Assembly (NCBI GenBank): GCA_013239625.1
Contig: MU054466.1
Coordinates: forward strand, 1,116,001-1,180,000
Origin: Lama guanicoe
Lineage: Eukaryota
Direction of reading: 5' to 3'
DNA length: 64,000 nt
The translations under genes were made by a program, and so were the position numbers. Below the pieces are notes generated by a model. It was not told the DNA's origin. It did no database searches and worked only from the letters and a program-made list of their open reading frames with translations. Positions 12,770-24,884 of the stretch are shown piece after piece. Each line of letters begins with the position of its first letter. Positions within the stretch are counted from its first letter, which is position 1.

Positions 12770-13970
12770 GGCAGCTGGTATCTTCATGAAAATAGAGAAC
12801 ACGGTGGAAAGTTCAGGAATCAATGAAGAACTGAACAGAAATGATGGAACAGAAAAATACAATGGAATCAAGGACTTGGCAGGCTGCCGAACAGCAGATT
12901 AGACGCCGTAACAGAAGGGGATTTGGGAGCTGGAGAACAGTCAGCAGGAAACCGCCAGAGAGACACCCCGAAAGAAACAACCCAAACAAAGCAAAACCCA
13001 CTGAACAGAACGTAAGAAACACACGGGACACGCTGAAGAGGCCCAAGGCCCTCTGACTCCGGGAGAGAAGGGACAGAGGGGCTGGAGGGGTGCCTGAAGG
13101 GCAGTCCCAGGGGCCAGGAGCACCAGCAGGGCGCACACACGCCAGGCCGGCCCTGCGAGCGCCCCGAGAGACGATGACAGCCACGGAAGAAGCTGCAAAT
13201 CAGCCGGGGGTGTAGGGGCGGGCGCCTTCAAAGGACAAACACCGAGAGGCACAGCTTCCTGACAGACGGGGCGGGAGCCTGAAGGCAAGGGCAGGTTCTC
13301 ACGGCAACACGTACAGCCTAGTCAGTTAAAAACCTCCACTATGGACTCCTGCAGTTCAACAACAAAAACAAGTAACTCCACTAAAAAATGGTGTCCAGGG
13401 TGAACAGACAGTTCTCCCAAAGAGACAGATGTGCAGTCAGCACAGAAGAGAGGCTCAGCGCCCCTGCTTATCAGGGAAAAGCAGGTCAAAACCAAGAGAC
13501 ACCACCTGACACCCACTGGGACGGCCGTAATAACGTACGTATTTTTAACACAGAAAATAAGAGTTGGCAAGGATAGGGAGCACCCGGAATCACCGTACGC
13601 TGCCAGTGAACCTGGAAAACGGCGCAGCCACTGTGGAGAAGAATTTGGGAGCTTCTCAAGAAGGTCAGCACAGAATGCCATCAGGCCCAGCAGTCCCACT
13701 TCCAGGTGAACACTCAGTGCCCACATAAAACCTGCACGCCAGCACTGTGCATGACAGCCAGAAGGTGGGGATAACCCAAGTACGCGCCAACAGACAAACA
13801 CGACGTGGTCCATCCAGCCACGGGGACGCAGCTCACCTACAGAAAGGACTGAGTCACTGAGACAACACGCAAGCTCCTGGATGAGTCCCGAGAACACTGT
13901 GCTGAGCGGGAGAAGCCAGCCACGGAAGGCTGCACAGTGTATGACTCCATCCATAATCTCGTGCTCTGCG
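12770..13970 (+). mobile_element. Old L1 remnants: ORF1-like piece (~12770-13250) and L1MB-like ORF2 end/3' UTR (~13330-13970)
   Basis: aacagcagattagacgccgtaacagaagggatttgggagctggagaaca; atcagggaaaagcaggtcaaaaccaagagacaccacctgacacccactgg; gtgctgagcgggagaagccagccacggaaggctgcacagtgtatgactccat. Confidence 0.8.
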
Positions 13971-16900
13971 AAAATTATCTTAATTCTCTTGGAAGTCTCC
14001 ATTACATATCACACCAACAAGCAACTCCTTGACATTTAAGGGGGGGGTGTCCAGAAGCCTTTGTGAAGCCCCAGTTTCACAAATAACCACTGTGACGTCT
14101 GGTTTCCCTATAAAATGCAGCCAAGTGTGACAGAAGCGGCCATTCCCCTCCAGCCCGTTCTCCTTCCCCCTTGACTGGCACCTCCTCATTTGGCTGGAAT
14201 ATAACTTGACAGCTCTCCTCATTTACACGTGGTGAGCATACGGTGGGCGCCCCGCCACCTCCGAATCTCGCACTCCGTTCTCTGCAAGCACCGCCTCGTC
14301 TACTTTCTGACTGAGAACCGGCACTTCCTTAGGCACCCTTATTTCCACCCCTCACACGTCCTGCAGAGCCGTTTACTCATGGCTGTGTGTCCCAGGCCTC
14401 CAGGTTAACTCGGGAAGCCAGCCCTGCACACGAAATCTGGGAAAGCCAGACATCTGAGCTGCAGTTTTAGTCCTTAAACTGACAGCATTTGGTCCTCATT
14501 TGCAATTTGTCACACACAGAGATAACTGTCTTGTTAAAAGGAACATGAAGATGAGAGATGACATCCTGGGGAGGCTTGTTAAGGACAAAGTTAAGCCTGC
14601 ATCTGCCTCTAAAAACACGGTACTTCAAGTAGGTCAGTTCACAGAGCAGAGTGGGCGCGGAAGCCGGGGCGAGGGATGCCCGTCCCCAGCGGGCCCCCAC
14701 CGCTCCCGGGAAGCGGGGAGCAGCCCACGGGCGGCCGCGGCCCCTCCCGGCGCACCTGCCCCATCCGCCCTCCTGTCGCACCTACACGTGTAGAAGTTAA
14801 GGAGTAACTTCTTGGGGTTAATCACGAGGAAGCAGCAGAGCCAAGTGCAACAAGCCCGCGTTCTCCGCCTGGATACCAGGCTGTGACCTCGCCCTCCCCA
14901 CAGAGAGCCAGAGTCCTGGTCGCAGGACAGGCTCCTCATCCTCCAGAAGGGCTGCAAGACGACTTTTCTTCTTCCTCTTCTTTAACGCCTTTGCTGTGTT
15001 TCTGAAGTGCCACAGGTCGTGCCTCCGCGTGGCCCCGAGTGATGGCAAGGCCCTCCTGCTCCCTTATGAAAAGCAATGGGGGAGGAGTTGGCAGGGGGTT
15101 CTGGTTAAGCTGCTTTTCTGAATCTAAATTCCACATCCTGGAAGCTGTTTCCAACACCGTGGCCTCTGGGGACAGGCAGGACAGGGGTGTGTGGGCAGGG
15201 CAGAGGAAGAGACTTCCTGCTGATGAGCATAGATCAGAACTCTCAGTGCACACAGTCCATGGAAAAGCTGTCAGGTGAGCAGTGATTGAAAAGAGGGGTA
15301 AAGATGGCGTCTGGGAGGGCCGGCAAGGCCAAAGCGAAATACAAACAGAATGTCTGTCACAGGCACAAGCCTTAGTGCTCTGGGCAGAGAGCAGTTAAGT
15401 GACACCGTCAAACAGTGCAGTCAGCCCCAAGAGGACCAGAAGACTCGGTCTACACGGTCGTGCAGATGTAACGAGTACCGGATGCAAAGTGCTTCACACC
15501 AGACACTGAATTACGTAAGCTGGGAGCCTCCACCCGCAGTCCCGCCTGTGGCTGAGAGCCCGTTCGCAGTCTGTCACAAAAACACAAACAATGTGGACAG
15601 AGCCCAACCTCGGGACCCAAGGAAGGAAAGGGCTGGGGAAGACAGGAGGAGGGGGAGCTGGCCGGCGGGGGACAGCAGGAAGCGGTGACAGTGTGAGGCG
15701 GCACTGGGGGCTCTCAAACCCCTGCTACAGGGCTGTTTCCGCTGGCTGACCTGCGGTGTGTCTGGGGCTCAGGTCGTGACGTGACCGCCCCAAGCAGGAG
15801 TCACCACGAGAAACAGTCCACTTTGGTCTACTCCACAGATCTCTCCAGGGCACCTCTCGGGGGAGGACAGTCCTAGGAAGGTGGCCCCAGAGCCTGCTCC
15901 CTGGCACCCACCAGTTCAAGGCTCAACCCGAACACCTGGCAGCTTATCAAGCAGGCCCCCTGTCCGGGAGGAGGCAGGAGCCTGATCACAGCCCCCCAGC
16001 CCCTGGGAGACCCTGCTGCGCAGAAGCACCGGGGCTGCAAACAGCACCTGTTCTGACCTAAACCCAGGGCGAGCCCGAGGAGTCCAAACTGCCCCCGCCA
16101 CGGCAACCTGAGAGGCACGCAGACAGCTCTGTGATCAACACCGAGGGACGGAACGGTTATCACTTAAATTAACACAGCGGTTATCTCTGCCCAGGTGACT
16201 GGCCAGGTGCTGGAGGCCTGCTTTGGTCAGGACAGACTCCCCTCCCCCCACTCACAACGCTCGGCGGCGAGCACTATGAACACAAACCACTGTCACCCCC
16301 TGACCGCAGGCCCTGCGACAGACCGAGGGACAGGGTGCACTGAAGGGGGACTGAGCATGAGAATCTGCCAAGTGCGATGCGCCAGCATCCTGCGTGCGGT
16401 GACTAAGAACTGCCCCACGAGGACGCCCCCAGCTTCCTGGAGCCCCCGCAGCTGCCGCGGGCCAGGGCGCCATCGCCGACCCAGGGCAGGGCACAGCAAG
16501 GCACGTCCCCCACCCGCGGACACGCTCTCCGGACAGGCGGGCCCTGTCAGGGGCACTTCAGACGCCTGCCGGCAGCGGAAGTCTCGCCAGATCCCTTCAC
16601 CTACCTGAGGAAGTGCCAAGCACTCCCACCACATCTGTTTTCAAGCCACCCAGGAGAACCACACTGCAGCCCGAGGAAAGGTGGCGTGGCCTCGCTGGTG
16701 GTTCGGAAACTCTCGGGGGAAAGAACCAGACAGACAAGACCCTCTGTTTGCTGTCTTCCACCAGCCCCGGCTCCTAAATCACCCCTTGTACTAAACTGCC
16801 AGAACCCCAATTTGTTAGCAAGTCTTAAAAAGATAAATTCTTCACTGTATACGCTCTGCTTTATAATCTCCTGCTCCATCTCCCAATAAAGCTTTCACTT

Positions 16901-19900
16901 GAGACTTATGATGAAACAAGTGAGGTTTATTTAACCGCAGGATTTTCAGCTGAAACAACAGTTGGCATTTTTCCTTCCATCTCCAGGAGAACACAAATTT
17001 ATGTACCTACAAGGTAATAAGGCAAGGTCTTAAATTTAATCAGAAGAAATATTTCACCTGCGGCAAACTGATAAATTATTTACAAAAGGGCTCCATCAGC
17101 CTGGCAAGGAAATCGGGCCAGAGAGTGTGGCCGATTCTGGAAAAAACGTCACCGTCATGGTTTCTCTAAACTCCTCTCAACCCCAAGTCACCTCTGTCAG
17201 AACGTTTCACCTGGAACAGTTAGAGCTGGAAGCGTGAGATGGGAAGACCAGAAGCCCTCTAGCACCGGGAAGGAAGCCAAGCCTGCAAGGCACGGCTCCT
17301 CCGATGCCGACAGGTTTCCGCACCCCGGTACTGGATGGAGGTTGCAGGATTCCCCAGCCCGCCCCCGCCCCCCACCCAGGGACTTGCGGAGGCCTGCGAG
17401 GGTTTCCGCAAATGCCAATGAAGGTGACCTTATTTCCCCTGGCCCGACCTACGAGCCTTGCAATAGCGAATACAGAGAAAGCGAAAACCAGACCTGTGGG
17501 CATCCACATCAAAGGTCTAGGAATCTAGTAACGCCCCCATTGTTCCACTGCAGATGCAATCAACCTCTCCTTATTACTGCGGGAAACTCGAGAGCCCTGT
17601 GGAGTGCAATAAAGTGGCGTGTTTCGCTCTGCAATGTTTCAAAGGGCCTGATTTACAGTTAGGAACCAGGCGCCCTCGCACAGACACCTGAGAGCCGTGC
17701 CATCGGGTGCCAGGCCCCCCCCCCCGCGGCCCATGTGAAGGTACATGGAGCAGGGAAGCGCGCCACGTGCCCCAGAACACATAGCACGACTGCCCCGTGA
17801 CGGACACCAGCGGGCCAGCCGGGCGGGCACCCCACTGCATCCTTCACCTTGGGCTTGTCTCTGAAATGCCCAAGGCCCACTAACAGTTTGCAGCAGCAAA
17901 ATTCTAAACGTTTTTATTGTACTTAAAGATGAATGTAACGGTCTTGGCACTCAGAAAAGAAAGCATCAAATGTTCATTGCAGTGGCCCTGCCTCCTGAGC
18001 ACAGGCCGGTGGCCCAGCCCAGCCGCACGGACGCATCTTTCCAGGCCGCGGCCGACACCCTATTTCAACTCCACTTGGCAAACCAACCCAGATGGACTCT
18101 CCCCGCACCGCCACACTGGCACCTCTTCCTGAGCATCCTATAATCTGGACGCATTCTCCCTTCGAACCAGCTCTCCTTCAAAACATCACTCTGTGGATCT
18201 GTTCTTGAACTCCCGCTGACTTTAACAAACTTCCTCAGGCCAACGACCGCCCCCCAGGGGCTGCGCCGCTCCGTGCGGCTGCTGACACCCGCCCTGGGAC
18301 GGTAACTACGCAGTCTGATACGTGATTCCACGGTGTGGTTTCGGGGCCTGCAGTCACTTCCCTGCATGCTAATGTTGCCTGCCCTACAGGTTAACGCCTC
18401 TCCAGACACCGTGGAAGAAACGTGCTCTCAGGCAGAAGTTCGGATTAACAGCAACGACAGACCCTACTTTAGAAGACGCCGCTTGCCGTCAGCTGGCACG
18501 AACTTGCTGGCGCCTCCCAAGCTAACCTGCGGCAGGGCCAGCAGTAGGTCGACTCCCGGCCTCCGGAAGCAACAGCAGCAGGCCGGCCAAGAGCCCTGTA
18601 AACCACAGCAAACGGAATGACCACGCCATCTCTCAGCACGTCACACACGATTCTGGAAGACGTCCCTGTAACCACTCCTACGGGGTGACTCTTTAAAAGG
18701 AAGAAAGCAACTAAAGTGGCACAAGCCCCTCCCACGAAGAACACAGTCGGGAAGCCTGAATTCATCCGTCACATTCGTTTTCAAGCAAGTGTGTCCAGCG
18801 AAAAGCGAAAGCATGAAGTCGAACCCAGAAGACAGTCGGAAGCAGCCGAGTCGGAAAGGCACTCTTGTCAACGTCAGTGGCGCCGACTCTCCACCTCCCG
18901 CACGCTGGTGGCACCAGGGCTCGTGATGCCCCCTGTGTGTGCTGTCCCACGTGGACCGTGAGGTCGGTCTGTGCCGCTCACTCGCCCCAGGTGCCTGCCT
19001 GGCCTCGCCGAGATCCTGGAGCACCTCTGACGTCCTCATGGAAGCTCTTTTCTGCTCATAACACCCGGCGTTTCAACCATTTTCAAATGAACACACATCT
19101 CAGTATCTCTCCGTCCTCATCCAAGCCGAGGCACGGTCCTCTCAAGAAAGAAGCTACCGCGTTTTCACATGGACCATCAAGAGGTCACCAGTTTGAGGGA
19201 GGAAGCAGCAAAGCCTTTAGACCTCGATCAGAACCTCCACTGAGAAGCTACTTCCACAGGACGAGAGTCCGTGGCCGCCGACTGGACAGGTCAGAGGTGC
19301 GAGGCACAAGGACACGTGTGAGGCAGAGGCGGTTCTTGACGCTTGGTCACCCCCCACCACGAGCAGCAGCAGAGACTCCGGAGGGCGCCATCTCAGGCAG
19401 GAGCGCAAGCACCCGTGGAGAAGCCTGGACGGCTCCCATGGGGCGCTCCCTGCAAGCGGCGCGGCCGGGCCCACGGGCGGCACGCGGGCGCGGCGGCCTG
19501 CTCCCGCCCTCCCCGGGCATCACACCTTGCTGGCCAGGGGCGCTCCGTGAACACCCCAGGCAGCTCGTTTCCTATTTGAGTTATTAAGCTCTCAGGCGAG
19601 TTAAGGAGAAAGGCTGAAGAAAACAGGGCGGTGAGGGGTTTACAATGACGGGAGATCTTAAAGGCAGCAGGGCACAGCTATCACATCGGACGTCACTTTA
19701 AAAGAAAAAAGCGTGGGAGCTGTAAGCAACAAAAGGCACGGTAATTGGCGCTGGCTGCCTAAAAGCAGCCTCGCCTTTGAACCAAAGACAGCGTATAACA
19801 GGTGCCATCTTTTGAGCGCTGGCTGCTTTTTTCCTCAGCTGTTTGAAGATCGAAGGTGGGAGCAACAGCTCTAAGTAGTTGAAGTTGCAGAAAATTACTG

Positions 19901-20195
19901 AAAATACATTTCCCATGTAAAATGAACCCACTATTTAAGAGTAACGTGCAAATGCCGTTTCTTTTCTCGGTGTTTTGGGGGAAAGTTTAGGCAAAATAAA
20001 CAGCAGGCCACCCAGTGAACACCTCTCAATAGGGCGCGCACCTCCTCACAGGACAGAGGGGCGGCCAGCGGACCCGAAGGGGGACGCGGGCCCCCACCGG
20101 GAGCGGCCAGTCACGGCCGCACGAGGCGACGACCCCATTCAAGGGCTGCTCAACCCCGAGGCGCCGAGCTCGCACAGGAGAGAGGGGAGGCTTAC

Positions 20196-20278
20196 CCGCG
20201 GCTGCCAGTTCTCGTACTGCTTCTGCAGGTTGGCCCCAATGGTCTCCAGGGCCTTCTGGGGGCCCATGGACAGAGGAT
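20196..20278 (-). CDS. RPTOR: RPTOR coding exon 3, (D)PLSMGPQKALETIGANLQKQYENWQPR
   Basis: Continues the exon 2 frame (G|AT = Asp). Acceptor ctctcttcgcttctccgcag|ATCC and donor CGG|gtaagc (GT at 20195-20194). 83 nt. The peptide is visible in ORF 20139..20339. Confidence 0.98.
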
Positions 20279-20615
20279 CTGCGGAGAAGCGAAGAGAGCG
20301 TTCTTTACTCGTGCGCCGCCACCTCGCTAACCCCCCCATAACTCACCCAGCACGCGGGCCTGAGATGCACCCGGGTTCTCCCGCCTCTCCCCGTAATTTG
20401 AGTAAAAGTCACCGGCCCCTGGCCATTTCCCTTCACCCGCGTTCGCCACCTCAGCCCCTGGTTTCCGTGCCCCTGAGGCTTCATCTCGGGCTCCTGTTGG
20501 GGCCCAGCGTGGGCCTCTGTCGGGCCGGGGACCCCGTGCGCGAGGGGCCGGGCGCCCACTGACTCCCGGTTCACCTGCTCGCCTCACGAGCGGCCTCGGA
20601 GGCAAACAACCCTAC

Positions 20616-21727
20616 CCGGCCACGCCCAAGGTTCACCTGGTCTCGGGGCCTCTTCACGCTCTTTGAAGTCGTGCGGGACCCCAGAGAGCTTTTGTTTATG
20701 TGGTTGTATCCGTCGGCACTTACTACACTCAAAATTAAGGTGAGAAATCTTAAAAATATTTCTGTGCTTTCTCCTTTAAAAGTAACAGCAAAGCCACTGC
20801 ATAAGAACGTATCTTTTGTGAAGAATGACTTCTTCCCAAAACCACGTCACGAGAAGGGCAGCGCTGTCTCACGTCTGGCAGGCTCCTTTAGAGCCTGGTG
20901 GGAGGGGTGGGGGGGACCCCCGCCGGCCCCTGGGGCCCTGGCGAGCCTGCGGGGGCAGGTCGGGGGCGCACGAGCGTGTCTCAGACGAGGGGGGCACCTG
21001 CTCAGTCGTGTCCGACCCCCTGGCTGGTCCCCGACAGCAAAGCAAAGCTGGACAAGAGGTGGCGGCACAGACCGCCTGCCATGGGGACGTGAAGCCACGG
21101 CGCGGCCACACCGCGTTCAGGGCCACCCGCCCACCCACACTCTGGACGCGTCCGAGAGCCACAGATGATCCTGTAGCAGCAGCACCAGGCATCTGGAACA
21201 CAGCGGCTCACTGAGCCACGCAGATCTCCGTCCCATCCCCTGACGTCTCAGATTTTACCACCGGCAACAAATCCTGTCAGCTGTTTCCCTTAAGGTGACT
21301 TCTCTCATCTTCCAGAAAGTGTCTGGCAAACACTGTCTGTCTGTACCCTGAAAACAGCAGATGGCTCAGCACACGAGGGCAGCCCCCTGACCCCCACGCC
21401 CGTGGCAGGGGTGCTCCCGCGGCTCCCCTTCCCCGCCGCTAAACGTGTGTGTTCAGTGGCTGAAACCCAAAGATGCTAGTAAACTCTGCTGCTTTCTCGG
21501 ACGATCTGGGGGAAGCAGACAGTCTTCACTGGAATGCTCAGCCGAGGTGAAAACCACAACGAGTCATCTGAGGCCCCAGCCTTCCCTCAGGCTCAGCGCA
21601 GCCAGTCAGCACAGCAGAATAGCCAGTGGCACCTTAACATCATTGCAAACACAGTCCCCACCCTGTGGATCCCTGCAGGGGTCTCAGGAACCCACCGCGG
21701 TCCACAGACCACACTTCAATGTTTGTG
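20616..21727 (-). mobile_element. Charlie1(a)-type hAT DNA transposon fossil
   Basis: Ends ggtctcggggcctcttcacgctc...gaccccagagagcttttgtttatgtgg and gggtctcaggaacccaccgcggtccacagaccacactt match Charlie1 termini. The internal block at 21255-21330 is homologous to 50880-50955. Confidence 0.75.
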
Positions 21728-22429
21728 GGAAGGTGTTTTCAACAGAAATTCTCTAATTCCACTTAGAAAGCATTTTTCCCTCAAAGGAAAAGGTCAGACC
21801 ACTGGACGGGTAGAACACCTAAGTCAGCTTCTACCCAGTTCTCCTCCTAACCGGCACTAATTCTCCACCTGACGTCCTGGACTCCAGATCACTCCGCTTC
21901 CTCAGACACTGAACTGCGGACCTCTCCGCACTCGCACACCAGCCCTCCCTCCTCACGAGAGCCTCCCCGTGGGCCTCTTTAAACTCACAGCCGTACACGT
22001 GTGCTCGGCTCGAGGCAGAGCACCACCAGGCTTTCAGCAGAGCAGCAGCAGCCCCTGCCCTCCAGCCACGTCCCAAGCCGCACCCGTCAGAGGGCAGGAC
22101 TGGCCTCTCTTCCGCCACCATCCCGCTCCCCCGATCCCTGCTCTCCCAATAGAGCCGCGTCACATCTTCACTAAGATTCAGTGTTTTATGTTAGTAATGT
22201 CTGTGGAAATAGTACTCAGCCTGAGCCAAGGAGCGTCCTGAAGTGACATCTTTCTCGAACTGCTTTCAGTCTCCTGTTTTCCGTGTGCCAGCGCTAGTGC
22301 TGCCCCAGCTCCCCCGAGCTTCCCGCTCAGGCACTACCGTCCACACAGTGAAGTGCCTCAGCTCCCCTGCCCTCTCCCCACCGCACAGCCCCACCCGGCA
22401 GAGGACGGGAGAGTCCTCTCGGCAGAAAC

Positions 22430-23150
22430 GGAAAGGCTCCCAGGAAAAGAGCCTAAAGAGACCTGGGGATGACAGCAAAGGAGCTAATCCTGCAGCCACT
22501 GGAGTCTCAGAAAGAGAGAAGCGCAGAGCTCAAAACGCAGTTGAAGATACGATGCCTGGTAACTGCCCCAAACTGGTAAGGGACATAAACCAACAGATTC
22601 GCGAAGCTCCGTGAACCACAACCAGGACTCGCCCAAGGGAACCCCCATCCCGGCACATCGCAGTGCAGACGCTAACAATGAACGGCAAGGCAAGTCCCCG
22701 GAGAAAGCTCAGATCACAAGCACAGGGTCAGGGACGGGAGCAGCACTGCAAGCGGGGCAAGCAGAGCAACGCCCTCGGCCCCCGTGAGGGTCACTTCAGT
22801 CTGGGACGCGAGTGTGGGAGTGGAAGACAGGTCTTTTTCAGATACGCAGACACGCAATCTGTGTCTCGTGTTCTTCTTGGGGAATAAACCACAGAAGGTC
22901 CAGGAAACAAGGCAGAGAGACAGAGAACTCACAAGATACCCACGTCCCCCATCCAGAGACCACGGGGTCCAACAGGAACTACAGGGGCTCTTAAAAATGG
23001 TAAAAAGGAACAGATTATCTGAGCACTGGAAACACCACTGCCAGCACGTGTCAGATGTACGGGAAAACATGCGAAAAATGAACTCCTCAGTTCACAGAAA
23101 ATTTAGCGAAAAGAGTAACCGGCAAATCTGTAACTACCGAGGAAGTCACA
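22430..23150 (+). mobile_element. Old L1 remnant (ORF1 into ORF2 fragments)
   Basis: ggagtctcagaaagagagaag...gttgaagatacgatgcctggtaactgccccaaactggtaagggacataaaccaacagattcgcgaagctc. Confidence 0.7.
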
Positions 23151-24743
23151 CACACGTACAGACGAGAAGGGACTCAGAGCCGCCCCTGGAAGTCGGGGCC
23201 GGGGAGAGAGCTCTTCCTTAGCACACCTTCCAGTGCTCTTCGGTTTTTAAGACATGCGTGTGTCACTTGGAGGGAAAAAGAAAATAAAAGCGAATTATAG
23301 ACTAAACAACAGGACTTTGGCGCTGGACGGGAACTTTGCCACGGACACGTCAAAGTCACCAAGGACTGTTCCCAGAGACCCCCCCCACCCCGAGAGTCTG
23401 AGTCCGAGCCGCAGAGCAGGCCGGGCGGCTGATGCGTGGCTCTGGTGGGGAGGCCTGTGAATATCGGGCCGTCACTAACCTACTGGGACAAGTATGGTAG
23501 ACTCGTTTTAACGCGTAACTAAAGGAGCGAGAGGTTAACTTCGTCGCTCTTTGTCCTGGCAGGAACAGAGTGAAGGTCTCAAAAGACTGTAGATGACCCC
23601 GGGCAACTCCACTGTAACCTGAGGCACAGACTGGCTAGTGCATGAGCGGGGACCTGAAAGGCAGAAGTAAGGGCCCAACGCGTGTGAACAGCGCGAAGGG
23701 GAGCAGAACACGCTTCCACAGAGAAACCACCAAATAATCGTCACATCGCCGCCGCGCCTCGTGCAGGGCGCCCAGGGCAAAGCCAGGGCTGGTCAGAGGG
23801 CATCTGAGCCGCCCGCCCACACTTCCTCGGGGCGCCTGGGGCGGCTCTTGGGCACGTCCTCCAGAGACCCACCACAAAGACGGGGAGGAGGGGGAGTTTG
23901 TTCAAAGGCCCACCGGCTGTGGGCGGCGGCGGGGGGTGGGCACGGGACGGGAGCCACATCTCCTTGGAAAGCCCAGCACCCCCTCACTCCATCCGCCCCA
24001 GGGGTTCCCGGAGGGCCTGTGGAAAGGTGCGGGAGGTGGAGGAGTGGCTGCCATACTGGCATCATCCTGCAGACACCAGAACCCTCATTAGGAGCCCCAG
24101 GCTGACGGCAGCCCCTCCCTGCTCCCCGGTCTCAGATCAAAGTACCGGCCGCCCAAGGAGGGAGCGGGGCAGCCACTGACCATTCATCAGGCTGGCACCA
24201 GCGAAGGGAGGCTGTCACATTCGATCCCCCGGGAATCCCTATGGCCAATTAGTTTATGGTTTCCTCCCAAGAATCTGACAGCGAGTGGGAGAGGGAAGGG
24301 CAGAGGGGAAAGGATGAGAGCCACAACAGGGCACCTGGTACCACATTCACTGAGATAAACAGCTAAATAACGTGAATAAACTGAAATTAAATCCCTGGGT
24401 GGGAAGTGTGGACAGTGCTGTCAATCTGACGTGGGGCGAAGTGGGCAGAACATAAATTTTAAAAGGTAGGCCCGTCCTAAGGAATCACTTGTCTTCCGGT
24501 GCCTTCCTGGGTTTCTGTTTAATGAAGGAAGCAGGTGAGCGAGTGAGCGAGCGGGTGGGCAGGTGGATGGAAGGAAAGGTAGGTGGTAATTGGCATTTGT
24601 GTAAAATTTAATCTTCCTGTCTGCAAGACTTCCTGCGTGACCCTCTGTAATTCATGACGCTTGGAAGTTCACACTGACAAGGACTTAGGCCAACCTTTCC
24701 CACAACCCAGAAGAGAAAGCTTAAGTTTAAAATGGCTGGATGT

Positions 24744-24884
24744 GGGGAGGGTGCAGCTCAGCGTGCTCAGCGCACAGAGGTCCTGGGTTCAATCCCCAGT
24801 GCCTCCACTAAAAAAAATAATAATAATAATTTTAAAATACATAAATAAATGTAATTACAGCCCCCCCCAAAAAACAAAATAAAA
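24744..24884 (+). mobile_element. Camelid tRNA-derived SINE (Vic-1-like) with an internal deletion in the A-box region
   Basis: ggggagggtgcagctcag...gtcctgggttcaatccccagtgcctcc, A-rich tail and taattacagcccccccc 3' block. Confidence 0.9.

Larger units (their letters stand above)
1..20195 (-). other. RPTOR: RPTOR intron 3 (partial; exon 4 lies beyond the window start)
   Basis: Downstream of the exon 3 donor. No exon 4 peptide (ARYKQSLDPTVDEVKK...) is seen. Confidence 0.85.
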
